In this document: positions 27,701 through 40,685 of the stretch, one piece after another
How the letters are laid out: every line of letters starts with the position of its first letter
How positions within the stretch are numbered: the stretch's first letter is position 1
Program-made: the position numbers and the translations under genes
Source: Bugula neritina
Taxonomy: Eukaryota; Animalia; Bryozoa
Reading direction: 5' to 3'
Assembly: GCA_964035545.1 (NCBI GenBank)
Contig: OZ037772.1
Span: 11,220,818 to 11,284,817 of the forward strand
Length of the DNA stretch: 64,000 nucleotides
Notes under the pieces: generated by a model
What the model saw: only the letters and a program-made list of their open reading frames with translations
The model's database searches: none
What the model was told of the DNA's origin: nothing

Positions 27701-30700
27701 CTAAAATTTCACCCGTTTCAACATGTCACTGTGTCGAGGTTTCAGAGTGTCAAAGTATCACCTGTGTTAAAGTGTCGCATGTGTTCAAATGTCACTGTGC
27801 CATAGTGATATATCTACTTGTTTATGACAACTTTAAAAAACTTGAAAAATGTTTTATCTTTGCTATGGAATACAAGATTCACACCTGCATACTTTTATTT
27901 TAGTTGCTTTTAGTATGTGAGACTTTAAAATAAACTACAGTATATAATTTATATCATGAGTAACTATACTTATAATATCAAATTATTGCATGTATAAAAT
28001 ACACTATTTATGTTGTCACACGTATATAGTACATTACTGCAACAGCAAGTTTAGTTAGGCACAATAAAGTCAGTAAGTTTAGTTTTCAATCCAGAAATCA
28101 TCAGCTTATAATAAACTATAAGGGAATGACATTTAATCATAAATAACATAAAATTAGTATGGCATATTTTGTGTGTTACCCACAATGCACAACAAGCCCA
28201 TTACAGTAAGTACAATATAACAACAGAGTAAGACTTTGAAGTACACTAGATGTAGAATAAAAAGTGATTCATATGCCAAACTATGCCTCTTGTGAATTTG
28301 ACTTTTGCGCATACAGAACTGGTTAATACCTGTTGAGAAGTAGATAGAGCCGCCTTCAGTCTACGTGGACGGAGATCTGGATAAGCAATCTCGCTGGCGG
28401 TATCAGACGTTGATGATGTCATGCAGGAGCAACTGCTGTTCCCGTTCCTCCTCCTTCCTCTGTCAGCGTAAGCGGTTCTCCCTTCTCTTCCACCGCCAGA
28501 ACTTGTATTTGTCTGACTCATTTGATGCTGCATCCGTGGCCTGGTTTTCCGGTCCATGTGAGAGCTGTCAGAGTTGTCTTCTGTGGTTCGTGGAGGACTT
28601 GGAAATCGAAAGTATCTCAGCAATGAATGGCTCGCCTCATCGCTTTTAGATTTGAGAAGTTTTTTCTTTGAAGCAGGAACGTTTGAAGGTGAGTTTTTCT
28701 TGAACAGTCTACCTCTCTGTTAAAACAGTAAGATAATTGATAATTGATAGCAGAATTTATTAGAAAATCTATGACTGATGTTGTGCTGTGATTCCCCTAT
28801 AGTGCAATAGTTAGCACACTGGCTTACCAGTTAGAAGTCTGAGGTTTGACTCATGGTAGAGGTAGAAGTTTGCACAGGTGACTAAAAACTAGTTTAAAAT
28901 TTTACCAAACCTTTTACTAACCTGTGAATTATTAGGCTGTTTAGCTAAGGAACCCTCTTTGCTCATTTTGCGCATAACGGGAGGCTTATGTTTGCTCTGC
29001 TTGAGCATTGCCAACTGCTGGGAGATGGTGGGAATCTGAGACTGTGTCACGTGATTCGGTCGTCTCTTAGCCTGCATCAGCACCTCCTGATCGTACTCCG
29101 AGTCGGAGCAACTAGAGAGGCTAGACGCAGAGGATGTAGAGTATCTAAAAAGGAGACAACTCTAATGCTTACTTTTTTGACCAACTTATTATTAATTCTA
29201 GTTTGATTAGCGCAAGACTGCATCAATATTTTGAGATGATGTGCAAAAGTAATCAAATATGAATCCTACTTTCTACCAAAATAATATTTAAAATTATAAA
29301 TTTTCTTTTGTTACACTGTTATATCATTATCTACCTCAGCTTTAAATAATTGTGTAACGACCACTAAATATTTTAATGATTATATAAAATTGCAAAAAAA
29401 ACCTTAGCAGACGTTTTGCTAGATAAAAAATATTTCAGTGACCGATAATTGGTAGAATAAATAAACACTTTGCAGCTATCAATATTAAAAGATAAATTGA
29501 CAACAATATTGACAAATAGATTGGCAGATATGTTAAAGATAGGATTCTTGGAATATTAGCAATCGGAATGACAATCATGTTGATAGATAGGTTGACAAAT
29601 ATATTGGCAGAAATGAAGACAGCAGCTATGATAGATATGGCAGTTACATTGACAGATAGGGTAGCTGCCATATTGGTTGATGGTATGACAGCAGCTATGT
29701 TGGTAGGAAGCACGAGAGCCATCTTATTTGGTAGAATGGAAGTCCTCTTGGCAGGAGTATAGAATACATATTGGTAGGTATTATGACAACCATGTTGGTA
29801 TATAATATGGCAGCCATAATGGTAAACAATCTATATCATAAGCAGCATAACAACTATATTAATAGGTAGCATGACAGCCATATTGGTAAGTTGCATGGCA
29901 GCCATGTTGGTAAGTAGTATAGCAGTCATATTGCAATTAGCATGGTGGCCATATTGGTAAGTTGCATGGCAGCCATGTTAATAAGTAGTATAGCAACTAT
30001 ATTGTAAGTAGTATAGCAGCCATATTGCAATTAGCATGGTGGCCATATTGGTCAGTTGTATGGCAGTCATATTGGTAAGTTGCATGACAGCCATGTTGGT
30101 AAGTAGTATAGCAGCTATATTGTAAGTACTATAGCAGCCATATTGGCAGATAGTATGGCAGCCATATTGGCAGATGGTATGGCAGCCATATTTACTGCAG
30201 CCAGAACTCACACGAGATCATAGTAGGAAGGAGAAGATGAAGAGGAATCCACGGCTCTAGAGTCTATCATATCTGGAACTTGTGGTAGAGTAATATTGTT
30301 CAGCTGAATAGCGTGTTGGTAGCTGTTCATTGACATCCTATCAGACTTTGGTGTGCCAACCACACCTGGTACACTGGTAGAACTGCTGGTGCTAGAAGCA
30401 AGCGAGTAGCGGTCGTGACTTTGCGATGCTCTACAATGATATAGCTGCTACTAAATTTAAAGTTCATGCACTAGAAGAGTACAGAGCCTTGCACCTTGCA
30501 TACCATTGTGTTCTGAGGCTACATTAGCGATTTACTTGACTGCAACAGTTGCTTACTCTAACCTATTTATATATATACTTCTGTACTAAATCTTGTTTTA
30601 CAAATGGCATCAATAATTACAAGTTGAAGTAAGTCATAACCAATATTTTTATTTAGGAGCAGTAGTGGAGAAATTGAGATAGCCTACGTTCCTTAAATGT

Positions 30701-33700
30701 TTTATGAATTATTGTGAGAACATAACTTCTTATGCTACATTTCTAATCTAGAACACAGGTTTTTCTCAATTTCTTCATTACTGCACCTACCTTAATGCTT
30801 TTTTAATACTGCTTTTAGCAGGAACGATGAATTTGTTTTCACTAAATTTTATAAACGCACTTTGATGGTGAGCCCAACTTTTTTCTTTTGTATCTAAACT
30901 TTTTGTATTTCTTGTTTGGAACAGCCTGGTGGAGATGAGATGGATCCCTTCCGTACGTCTGATGACTATACAGTTGCATGTTTTCAGCTGCAGCTGATGC
31001 AAACTGATAATGTTCTGAGTCTGCATGCGACGGTATCTCCTTCCGAACAACTACCAGCAGAATAATTTAGTAAATGATTAAAGATAATTAAAATTAAGAG
31101 CTGGCTGCTCTAACAAATCTTAAATAGATAATTGTTACCATCTGAGTCTGCATGCGATGGCATCTCTTTTCGAACCACTACCAATAAAATAATTTGATTA
31201 ACAAATAAATATAATTCATAAATTAAGAGCTATAACAAATCTTAAATAGACACTTGTTACCATTCCTGTACATGTATTTTTATCAAAACTGTATTACCTA
31301 TTGTTTTGAATTCTTGTCAGTAAAATATTTTATTAACTCAAACTAGGTGATGATTCACACTATAAGCAGACAGTTTTCACATGTACAATTAAAGAGTAAA
31401 GAATATCTCTCACCACTATAGTCAGTATCAGATGATGTGACCACTCTGTTGGGAGGGATAACGAGACGGTAGTAAGCCTTATCACTTCTGCTGTGACGAG
31501 TTTGGGGGCTAGGAGTGAGTTCGGAGGGGCTTTCTTCTGGGATAGGACTGAAATGTACAGCGATGTGTTAATGTCTTTGAAATATTCAACATCTGCATGT
31601 CATACAATTCATTTTCTTAAGTATTCTGTTTCAACAGAATATACAAAAAATACAGACTATATGCAATGTGTAAAGAAAACAGATGAGAAAAAGCAGTAGA
31701 GGAAAGCGCAATGGTACAACACCATTAATGTGGTTAATCCAGTCATTAGACCAGGCAATGGTTATTAGACGCTACTACATATAAACTGCATACATTCAAA
31801 GTATAAGCTCTTTAATTAATTTGGGTAACTTTGCAAACATGAAAAATTGTTTTAGAAATGTAGGAAATTTTTCATGACTTGATATAAACTATTTAGTGTT
31901 CGTACACAAGGCTAATCAAACACCCAACAAGAATCTCAGTTATGTAATTGAGTTTACCACACCTAAAGTTTTGAAAACCTTTGTCTGTCAGCTGGTAAGA
32001 TATTTCATTGGATGAGAAGTTATTATTGGTTTGATTGATCTTAGGAGACAGCTGATTGGACACACTGAAGTGATCTCTCTCCACCCATTTGTCTAGAAGT
32101 ACAAATTGATTGTTGGAAAATAATTAACTAGCATTTTATAAATAATGTTGTAGAAAAACAACCTAATAACAGTATATAAATAATGCACAATAAAAAAAGT
32201 AAATATGACTTCTTTTTGCTTTGACTGTATTGTACAAACTTTAAATTTGAAAAGCTGTAACAGTTACTTATCTACTTTTACTGATGAAAATAAATGATGT
32301 TGTATATTTTATAATACTTTCAAGAAACTCTCAATTAACAGATATAAATGATATAGTCTGCACATTGACTGTAGATAGGATATAGTTGTAGATCTACAAT
32401 TTGAAATGAGACGTCCTAAGACTATACCTTGAAAGTGTAGATGTGATTGAACGTTTAGAGAGGTTGGTCTCCTCAGGCCCTGCTCCTTTACCCTCTGAAT
32501 TGCGGGAAGCACAATGCACTTGGTTGTTGCCCTACAAACAGTTTTATTTGTTACAAATACTGAGAATATTAACGACAACTTCTAGAAACTTCTCTTTAAA
32601 ACCACCAGACAAGTTAACCAACCCATTCTTGTAGGAGCTCCCTACGGAGGAGTGATCACTTTTCGTTGACTGAGAAGACTTGCTAGACTGGTTTCCTCTG
32701 AAGCCAACCGGCGAATCAGGGGTGAAGGACGAAGGAGAAGATAAACGATGATAAATGTCTGAATCGTTTTCTTCAAACACAATGAAGTGCTCCTGCGTTT
32801 CAAACCTCTCCTTATCATACGGCAAAGATTCTTCCGACTAGAAAATTGCGCAATAAAATTTAATTTTCAAAAACTAGAAGCCATAAATTACCAAAATATG
32901 GAGATTTCTATGTATGTATTAGTTTGTCTTGGTGACCAGTGAATATTAAGAAAACAAACACAGTTGAAAAGTTATTTTCTATATTACCTCGCTGTCTATA
33001 GTAAGATGTGCTTTTCTGTACTTCTGAAAGCGAGACTGGTCACGCTCTACTGCTGAATGTGTGTACGATGAGGTATGCCTTTGCACTCCTTCACATTCTA
33101 CCCCGTCTGAGTCATTAGAACTACAACAAAGAACTCAGTCATCTTACCATGTCTGGCCTAAAGGTTAGTAGACAGAGACGTAAGATTGGTTAGCAACTGA
33201 CCTTGCTATGACCTCAACACCATCACTGCTGTGATCAGTCTCTTCTCCTGGTAGTATATTCCCTGCAGAAGTTTCAGTGTCTTCAATATGATCTTCATGT
33301 GTGAGAAAGAGAGGACCTATAGAACATATTAACACATGCTATAACTGTATCTCTCTTTCTATTGTATGTGTGCTATAACTATATCCATCTCTCTATTAAT
33401 TGTGGGTAAATATTAGTTTAACATGATTGTAAGATCAAAAGTCATAAAATTTTTGTTGTGATACAAAACACCTAAGGAAACTACAATTTGTCATACCGAA
33501 TTTCTTTAAATAATTTTAAATTATAGTATCATATTGAACAGTATTTGTTAACTATAAAATACATAAATAAAGAAATATATTACACTGCCATCATTATAAT
33601 AGCAGTACAAGGGAGCAGCTGTGGTCTAGGGGTTAGAGCGTTTGCCTAGTAAGCACAAGGTCATGGGTTCGAGCCCTGACAAAGGCCATTGGTGGTGTTA

Positions 33701-36389
33701 GGAAGAGCATCCAGTCATAATTGCTCCTGTGCCTCATTTAAATAAGTCCTTAGCCTGATTTAACAAAAAACCCTTTCTATCAGGGGTTTCTCACAGGGAT
33801 GGTGACTATAAACTTGCGTGAGTTTTATTATAATAGCAGTAGAGGCTACACATACATGCCAACTTATTAATTTCTAAACAGTTTACTTGTAGCTCCAGTC
33901 CAAGACCCAAAAGATCTGGACCTAGACTGAGTTCCATTATCAGAGCATGAGGTGAGTGTGAGCATGACACCAGAGTCCACAGATGATATGGTTCTCAGTC
34001 CATAGTTACTGCCAGACGTGTTTCCTGTGTCCATTGAACTGAGTCCTGTAAAGAGTCGGTTACCAAGTCAAACACATCTCGGCATTTCCGATAATGCTTT
34101 ACATGACAAGCTAAAGTTTTGGTAAGCAAAAAATAACTGTCTGATGCAATTATAATGAGATCTTCTGCTATTTTTAGAACCCTTTCACCAAAAATAATAA
34201 ACTAGAAAATACATGCTTGTACAAAAACTAAGCAATTTAAAAGAGAAGATATTCCAGAAAACAGAATTTACTTTATAAGTCCAAACAAAACTTTTTAATT
34301 CCCAGAACATGTTCTTTTTTCTATGCTGAGTTGATTTAGTATATTCATTTGGTTATATAAAACAATTTTGAGTGACAGTAAACTATTAGAACCTGGTACA
34401 TCAAGTTATTAATATAACAGTTCATGTGGTGCACCAAACCTTTTTTATACTGATCTGATATTTTACAAAGTTCGGAGTTAGCCATGACCACACAAGATTA
34501 ATGAGATAAGTGCAGAGGTACCAGCTGCAGTCTCACTCACTGGTGCTGGAGATAGACCTCCCCTTCTTACTCAAGCTGTAAGGATACGAAGAGGATGTCT
34601 CTTCATTACCCAAATTGGTGGCCGAGCTGGATTCTGTCATCTTCTCCAACATTCTTACATTGTCTTTTATTGCTTGGCGAGTCTCTTCAAACCTGAGATT
34701 CGACCAGTAAACAGAGATGATGCAACCATCAATTGAAAAGCAGTTGGAGAATATTTTTTAAGACAACAAGAAAAATATGGACTTTTTAATACTTTTCTAT
34801 CACATAATTTGCCTCCAGGAAAGCAAGTTAACAGCAAATTTGGTTTCATCATATAAGAACATTAATGCCTCATTGACAACATCGTTAGAACTTTTGTGGT
34901 TTGCCCATAGACTAGGCATAACAAACAAACATAACAAAAGTATAAACAATTTTGTTAAATTTTTTCGTTTCTTTTTTTAACTGATGAAACTTTTAAGAGT
35001 GAATCATTTTAGGCACAACAAAATTGGTATAAAATAAAAAGTAGGACATGCAGACAGTAGGCTTAAACGTTTACCAAATGGGTTGCAATATCACTCCACA
35101 CCACCCGCAATATTATTTTAACTTTTTCTTATTTTTCTTCCAACTGTATAGAGTGGAAAGACAATCAACACATCACACCATACTCTAACACGCTTGTCTG
35201 TTAACTAAAGAGCATTTAAGTCAGCCCCATTATTTCATAAAAACACCCTACTTTTTTAAGTGGTTGAAACAAACTCCAAAAATAGCAGCAGGTGATAAAG
35301 GAGTCCTAGTGAGTGCTTATTACATAAGAATCTGTCTGTTGATGAAGCCTCAAAGCTCAAACCTGAAACCACTAAGTAGACACCTAAACCCTCACAGTTA
35401 TTAATCACCCCTAGCTATAAGTGCAACACGAGCAGCCAGTCCTCCCAGCCAGTTCTCTTGTCTAATCTCAGTCTGACATCAGCTGCTTTTAATACTTTAA
35501 TAATAATTATCACGACAATAAATTTAATAAGTAATAAGAGAGATACTCTAAATGGATGGCTGATAGTGTATGTGCCAGATTAGTTCTAACCGCAAGTACT
35601 TCCTCTGCTAGATAAAGACTTTGAGTGAACTCGAGATAAACTTTGGAATGGCAAGATATAATCAGCACTGCGAGGAAGCTGGTGGTAAATTAGATCAAAT
35701 ACCAGAACTGTGAACTGTGATGAAAACTTAGTCTAGTTCAGCTGATTGAACTATTCTATAAGTTTAAATTGGTAGTCAAGAGCCCGGTTTTGCATGAAGA
35801 CTTTGATAAGGCACATCTGCTGAGAACAAGTTTGCACCATGTAAGTTGAACAGTGCAGCATGAGCTACAGTTCACAGAGCTAGCTGATAGAGAAAATAAA
35901 TAAATCTAAATTTGCCCAAATAGAAATTTAAAAAGTAGACACTACACAGCTCTCGAAAGGTTAATACTTGCTATGATAGTGAACTAGAGTCTTTATTCTT
36001 AAATTCAAGATACTCACATTACAGACCCTAACAACTTCTAAAAAGCACATATAGACAGAGTACACACAAATATTTCTAAAGTTTTTAAACTCCCATTCAA
36101 GTAAACCACAGTATGAGAATCCTTGCCTTTGCATACAGCAGGTAAAGAACCCTTGCCTTTGCATACAGCAGGTAAAGAACCCTTGCCTTTGCATACAGCA
36201 GGTAAAGAGCCTTTGCTTTTGCATACAGCAGGTAAAAAACCCTATAGCTTGCTAAAACTAATGTATCCAGTAGAAGCCTCACCTCTCTAATATGCTGGAG
36301 AACTTGTCTTGCAAATCTCTTGAACTCTGCTTGCTCTGCAGATCAAAGTGCTGATTGGTGGTGGTTGGATGGCAGCTGCTAGAAGGCAT
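24733..36389 (-). CDS. Uncharacterised Ser-rich, largely disordered protein (~17 exons, ~1030 aa)
   Basis: Phase-consistent GT-AG exon chain: 36283-36389 (ATG), 34541-34692, 33887-34045, 33202-33316, 32988-33120, 32623-32837, 32428-32531, 31963-32092, 31414-31547, 30861-31050 (donor uncertain), 30212-30430, 28922-29144, 28330-28716, 26769-27081, 25862-26033, 25081-25365, 24733-24787. The terminal exon is uncertain; 24517-24684 also looks coding but in another phase. Short N-terminal helical segment DLQDKFSSILERFEETRQAIKDNVRMLEKM. Confidence 0.75.
27186..27400 (+). mobile_element. tRNA-derived SINE, copy 3
   Basis: ggagcagccgtggtccaggggttagagcgtttgcctag...; target-site duplication tataacagaaaa(a)gtaaa. 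Confidence 0.88.
28794..28862 (+). mobile_element. Degenerate tRNA-like head, probably a fragment of a second SINE family
   Basis: ccctatagtgcaatagttagcacactggcttaccag...gaggtttgactc...agagg shows decayed A and B boxes; intronic. Confidence 0.4.
29560..30195. repeat. Degenerate ~21-23-bp minisatellite (ggcagccatattggtaagtagtat)
   Basis: Many cagccatattgg cores, increasingly homogeneous toward 30195; intronic. Confidence 0.85.
31014..31263. repeat. ~125-bp tandem duplication spanning an intron/exon junction
   Basis: tctgagtctgcatgcga...aaattaagagct...taacaaatcttaaataga...ttgttacca occurs at 31014-31140 and 31141-31263. Confidence 0.85.
33611..33826 (+). mobile_element. tRNA-derived SINE, copy 4
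   Basis: A box tggtctagggg, B box ggttcgagccc, perfect 15-bp target-site duplication attataatagcagta. Confidence 0.9.
36117..36243. repeat. 30-bp tandem repeat x4
   Basis: Unit ccttgcctttgcatacagcaggtaaagaac. Confidence 0.9.
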
Positions 36390-39260
36390 TATGTTGAGTC
36401 TTCTCCTTCATTGGTCAATTTCTCTGAAACAAAAGATTTGTGTAAAAAGATGCTATTAGCTGGTAAATGCAAGCCGAGGAACGGCAGTTTTAAATTTATG
36501 GGCCTCTCCCAACTCTTCGTTATTTGCCAGGTGGGTGTAGAAGCAGCTTAATTAGAACATATTCTTCTAACAAATGCAAATATGCAGACTTTAGTTTTTA
36601 ATTTCTGGGAAGGTGCTTGAATTTAAAGTTCACTTGTTTCATTTCACAGACCTAAAACTACTCATGCTACAAGTATTTATCAAATCAAATGAGATGCAAA
36701 AATACAGCTTTGCATACGTTTCAACTTTTTTAATCAAAATGCTATTCCAGTAAACACTATTGAGAAGGTGTTTTTGAATTGACTACCACTGTTCCAAATC
36801 AAATTTTTTGCATGAAATTAGATTATTTAATATAATGAAAATTTATCTCATGCTAAGGCATTATATAAGCTTTAAAGGTCCTAATATGGATGTCTATATT
36901 CTGAGAACTAAAGATAAGAGTTAGTTGCTTAGCATTCCTTAAAACTGCTTAACCTCATGTAATCACTTGATGTTAGAGCTTCTGGGAGCACAGCTAGTCC
37001 CATGGCATGTCTGGGTTACACCATCTTCTCAGACAAGAAATTATAAAACCAATTATTTGTTAGTTAAAATGTACTTTAGCCAAGTGGAAAGTAATTAGTT
37101 CAATTAAATATTAAAGAGGCTGCAAATGTGACATTAATTATTAGTAGATAAAATAAGAGATCACATGGTTTTACCATATATGGTAATGGCGCAGCAAAGT
37201 TGTCATCAACCTCAACTCTTAAGGGCTTAAACAGTATGCAGAAACTTTAAACTCACTAAACAAAAATCCTGAGTTGGTCTTAGAATGAGAGTCAAAAGTC
37301 ACAAACACATTTAGTTAAAGAAAGCAAAATACCCAACCCTTAAAATTAATTGCTTTATGTTGAGACAAACTTGGTCTATTTTTTGAAGCAAGCAATAACC
37401 ACTCAAAGACTGTGAAACCAAATTAGCCCAGAGTAAAACTGCATCACTAGTTTTACTTTGTCCATTTATGCATATTATTAGGACTGAAAGCTGTTCAGAA
37501 CAATGGCGTATCACATAGCTTGAGATCATGATTATCGGAAGTGGGACTCAACAAGACAGTAGGCTTACCAGTATTATCTGAACAGACTAGTGGGTGTCTT
37601 AGGCTAGGGATATGGGGCTAGAGACATTTATACAGATAATCTTGCAGTTAATCCTTCATACTTTACAAAGATATGTAGATAAAGACACTGAACCTAGTAG
37701 AAATATCAACTAAACCATCCCTTAAAGTATACAAAATAGCAATTGATTGAAGATGGAGATAGGGCCTGCAGCCACACGCACCAGTAGCAGCAACTCTTTG
37801 GGAACCTAACAATCTTTTTTGGGTCATTTTTGACTTAACGGCCAGCTGGCAAATATCTCACTGTGACAGCTTTTGTCTCCCCAACCAAAGTCAACCAGTG
37901 TACTACTCTTTGCACTACAAGGGCTACTGGGTAATCACAATACCACATCTTGTGGCAACTGCTTGTCAAATTTAAGAAGTCTTCAATAGAGTGCCCTGCT
38001 TTTAGTGTTTTTTTTTGGTGATTACTAGAAAACTCAAGATTTCACTACTATAGCCAGCATAATAATATTTACATTTCCTATATTCAAAACAATCTAATGT
38101 TGTAAGCCTCTAAAGGTAGATTCTACCCTGTAGAATTGTAAAAGGATATTCTATAAATTCAATATAACAATTCATTGCAGATTTTTATTTCTGTTATAAG
38201 ACTTATACTTCTGATTTAGTATATTTATGCTAAGCAGGTTCAATTAATCTCTAGCAGAGTCCCAGGTGTTAGAAGGTTTTCAAACTATTTTTGACTAAAG
38301 TCTAAATCTTGTTTCTAATTCCTTGCAATCCATTAGAAGTAAAATTACTGCTGTAGGAAATTGAAAAAAATGTAACTTCTGACAAAAGAGTATTAGAAAC
38401 ACTGTGAGAAGGATATAAACAAGAGTTTTGTCACTGCTTGTCAGATGAGTCATATCTGTTAGTCATGCCTAGACACTTTGTAACAGGTTTGTCATAAGAC
38501 ACGGGTCACCTTAGGGCACATGTACGTATGTGCCATTTGATGCAAGATGTTTTGCTAATTTACAATAATAAAGTTGACTAAGTCAAATGACTATCATGTT
38601 ATGTTCGATATTGCAACCCACATTCTATCTGAAAATGAAGAAAATTGCTTTAAACTAATAAACATGTATATGAAGATTCAAATCTTACAAGTAGCAAGTT
38701 ACTTTCTAAGACTCTATAACTTCAATTCAACAGTGCACCCTACATTTCACACTCTACGCCCATGAGCATTGCATGCAGATGCAACGCTGGTGAGATTGCT
38801 AAGTTAATGATAATGGAAGCTTAGTTAGCCTGTGACTTCAGAGCAAATGCAGTTAGCTTCCATGAGTGATAATAACTGCACCATCTCTGATATCAGTCAT
38901 CTTACTGCCGTAACAATCTGATTTTTAATGATGCCAATAAACTGATTGTGCGCAGGGTAGCACCTTTGCTTCAAAACATAATTATGCAACTCTCATGCAA
39001 AACACCGTGCATAGAAATAACTGCAATACAATATACAGAGGTGTAGCTTACAGTGTTTAGGATGATTCTACATATATTAGGTATCTGCCAAATTGTGACG
39101 GCTCCAACTACTTGACAACAACTGTCACACCTGAATACCACATGCCATGATTCTCGACTGCAAAAAATATGAGATAGTTTATATGCCAGTTCTATTATTA
39201 GATGCATGGCCATTGGAGATATAGCAGAGAAGTCTGCTGCTGAGATATAAATAATCAGAT

Positions 39261-39263
<3 letters not shown>

Positions 39264-39342
<79 letters not shown>

Positions 39343-39365
39343 AGGGAGGGAGAGAGAGGGGGAGA
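39264..39365. repeat. (GA)n microsatellite
   Basis: Visible directly in the sequence. Confidence 0.95.
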
Positions 39366-40470
39366 TATAGCTTGCTATGGTCTACAACTGTAAAGCAAGT
39401 CTATTACAAACATTCCTCAACATAAACATGACTAGATGTATGTACATATAATTTTAAATTTCTCTTAAAAAGAAACTTGTATGCAACTTTCAAGGAGCTA
39501 GAAGTAAGGTATTCATGATGTTTCATGTATAAAGAACTTGCCAGGCAATAGAGACATGCTTCGTGACAGATTAGATATGCTAAACAATTTCCATAAATTA
39601 TTCATTATGCTCAAATTGTTTTTCTAATGCATGGATTTTAAAGGCAAAACAAAAGTTAATCGGAGGTAGCCATTATCCTCTGCCAACTCTAACTTCTTCA
39701 GAACTCAGGTTTCAGTTGTTTATAGAAACAGAAAAAGACACTTCCATTAAACTAGCTGCCAAGTTTAGCAATTTATTACCTTGATAATATTTCAAACACC
39801 GGCTTCTTTCCTAGGCGACTATTTAAAAACAATTGACAAGTGAACAACAAAAAAATCCTTATTTTGTATTGTTATTATTTTCATACTTACATCTTTTTGC
39901 AACATAAAAAGAAAATAAATTTAAAAGAACTCCTACATTTTTTGCAAATGCTTTAAAAATAAAAGCTTGCCATTTAAGGAATAGTAAGAGAAACAGCTGC
40001 AAAATGGCTTAAAAAGCTCTAAAAGCTTTAGAAAGCTGCATCTATAAATAGAATAATTAAAAAACTTCAGTAAATTAAAAATTGACAGTAATCATTTGAA
40101 GAAGCTAAGAAATTAACATTCCATGGCAGGAAAGGAAATTATATCTTTAGTTCATCTATGCTTTGTAATTAGATACTATAACATTACAAATTACAAATAA
40201 TAACGGAAATTACACACAATTTTGCAAAACTAGTTTTTAGTTAGTATAGCACCTAGAATTACTACAAAAATACTACTTAAAGTTATGACACTAGTAATTA
40301 AAGAGAAGATTTTGATAGGCCAACCCTGCATGTAGCTACACAAGACTGCTAGTGCAAGTGCCCCTAGATGCCCTTTACTCTACCTTGACTTACTCCTAGC
40401 TGATGGTAAGTGTTTTATACTCCTACTGTAAGTACACTCAACCCAAACTGCATGCATAAAAATCAAACTA

Positions 40471-40685
40471 CCATATGGTCTAGGGGTTAGAACGATTGCC
40501 TAGTAAGCACGAAGTCATGGGTTCCAGCCCTGGCAAAAGCCATTGGTGATGCTAAGAAGAGCATCCAGTCATTATAGTTGCTCCTCTGCAACATCTTAAT
40601 AAGTCTTTCGCCCTATTTAACAAAAACTCTCTTATCAGAAGTTTTCTCACAGAAACGGTGACTATAAACTTGTGTGAGTGAGTTT
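40471..40685 (+). mobile_element. tRNA-derived SINE, copy 5 (diverged)
   Basis: tggtctaggggttagaacgattgcctagtaagcac...aagaagagcatccagtcat...gactataaacttgtgtgag; flanked by atgcataaaa on both sides. Confidence 0.82.

Noticed and set aside
29435-30211. Hydrophobic repetitive ORFs
   Set aside because: Products of an intronic minisatellite; no splice support.
24733-36389. Orphan exons as an extended Cav2 C-terminus
   Set aside because: Cav2 terminates at a canonical xxWC* at 45752, and the orphan's first ATG has an upstream in-frame stop.
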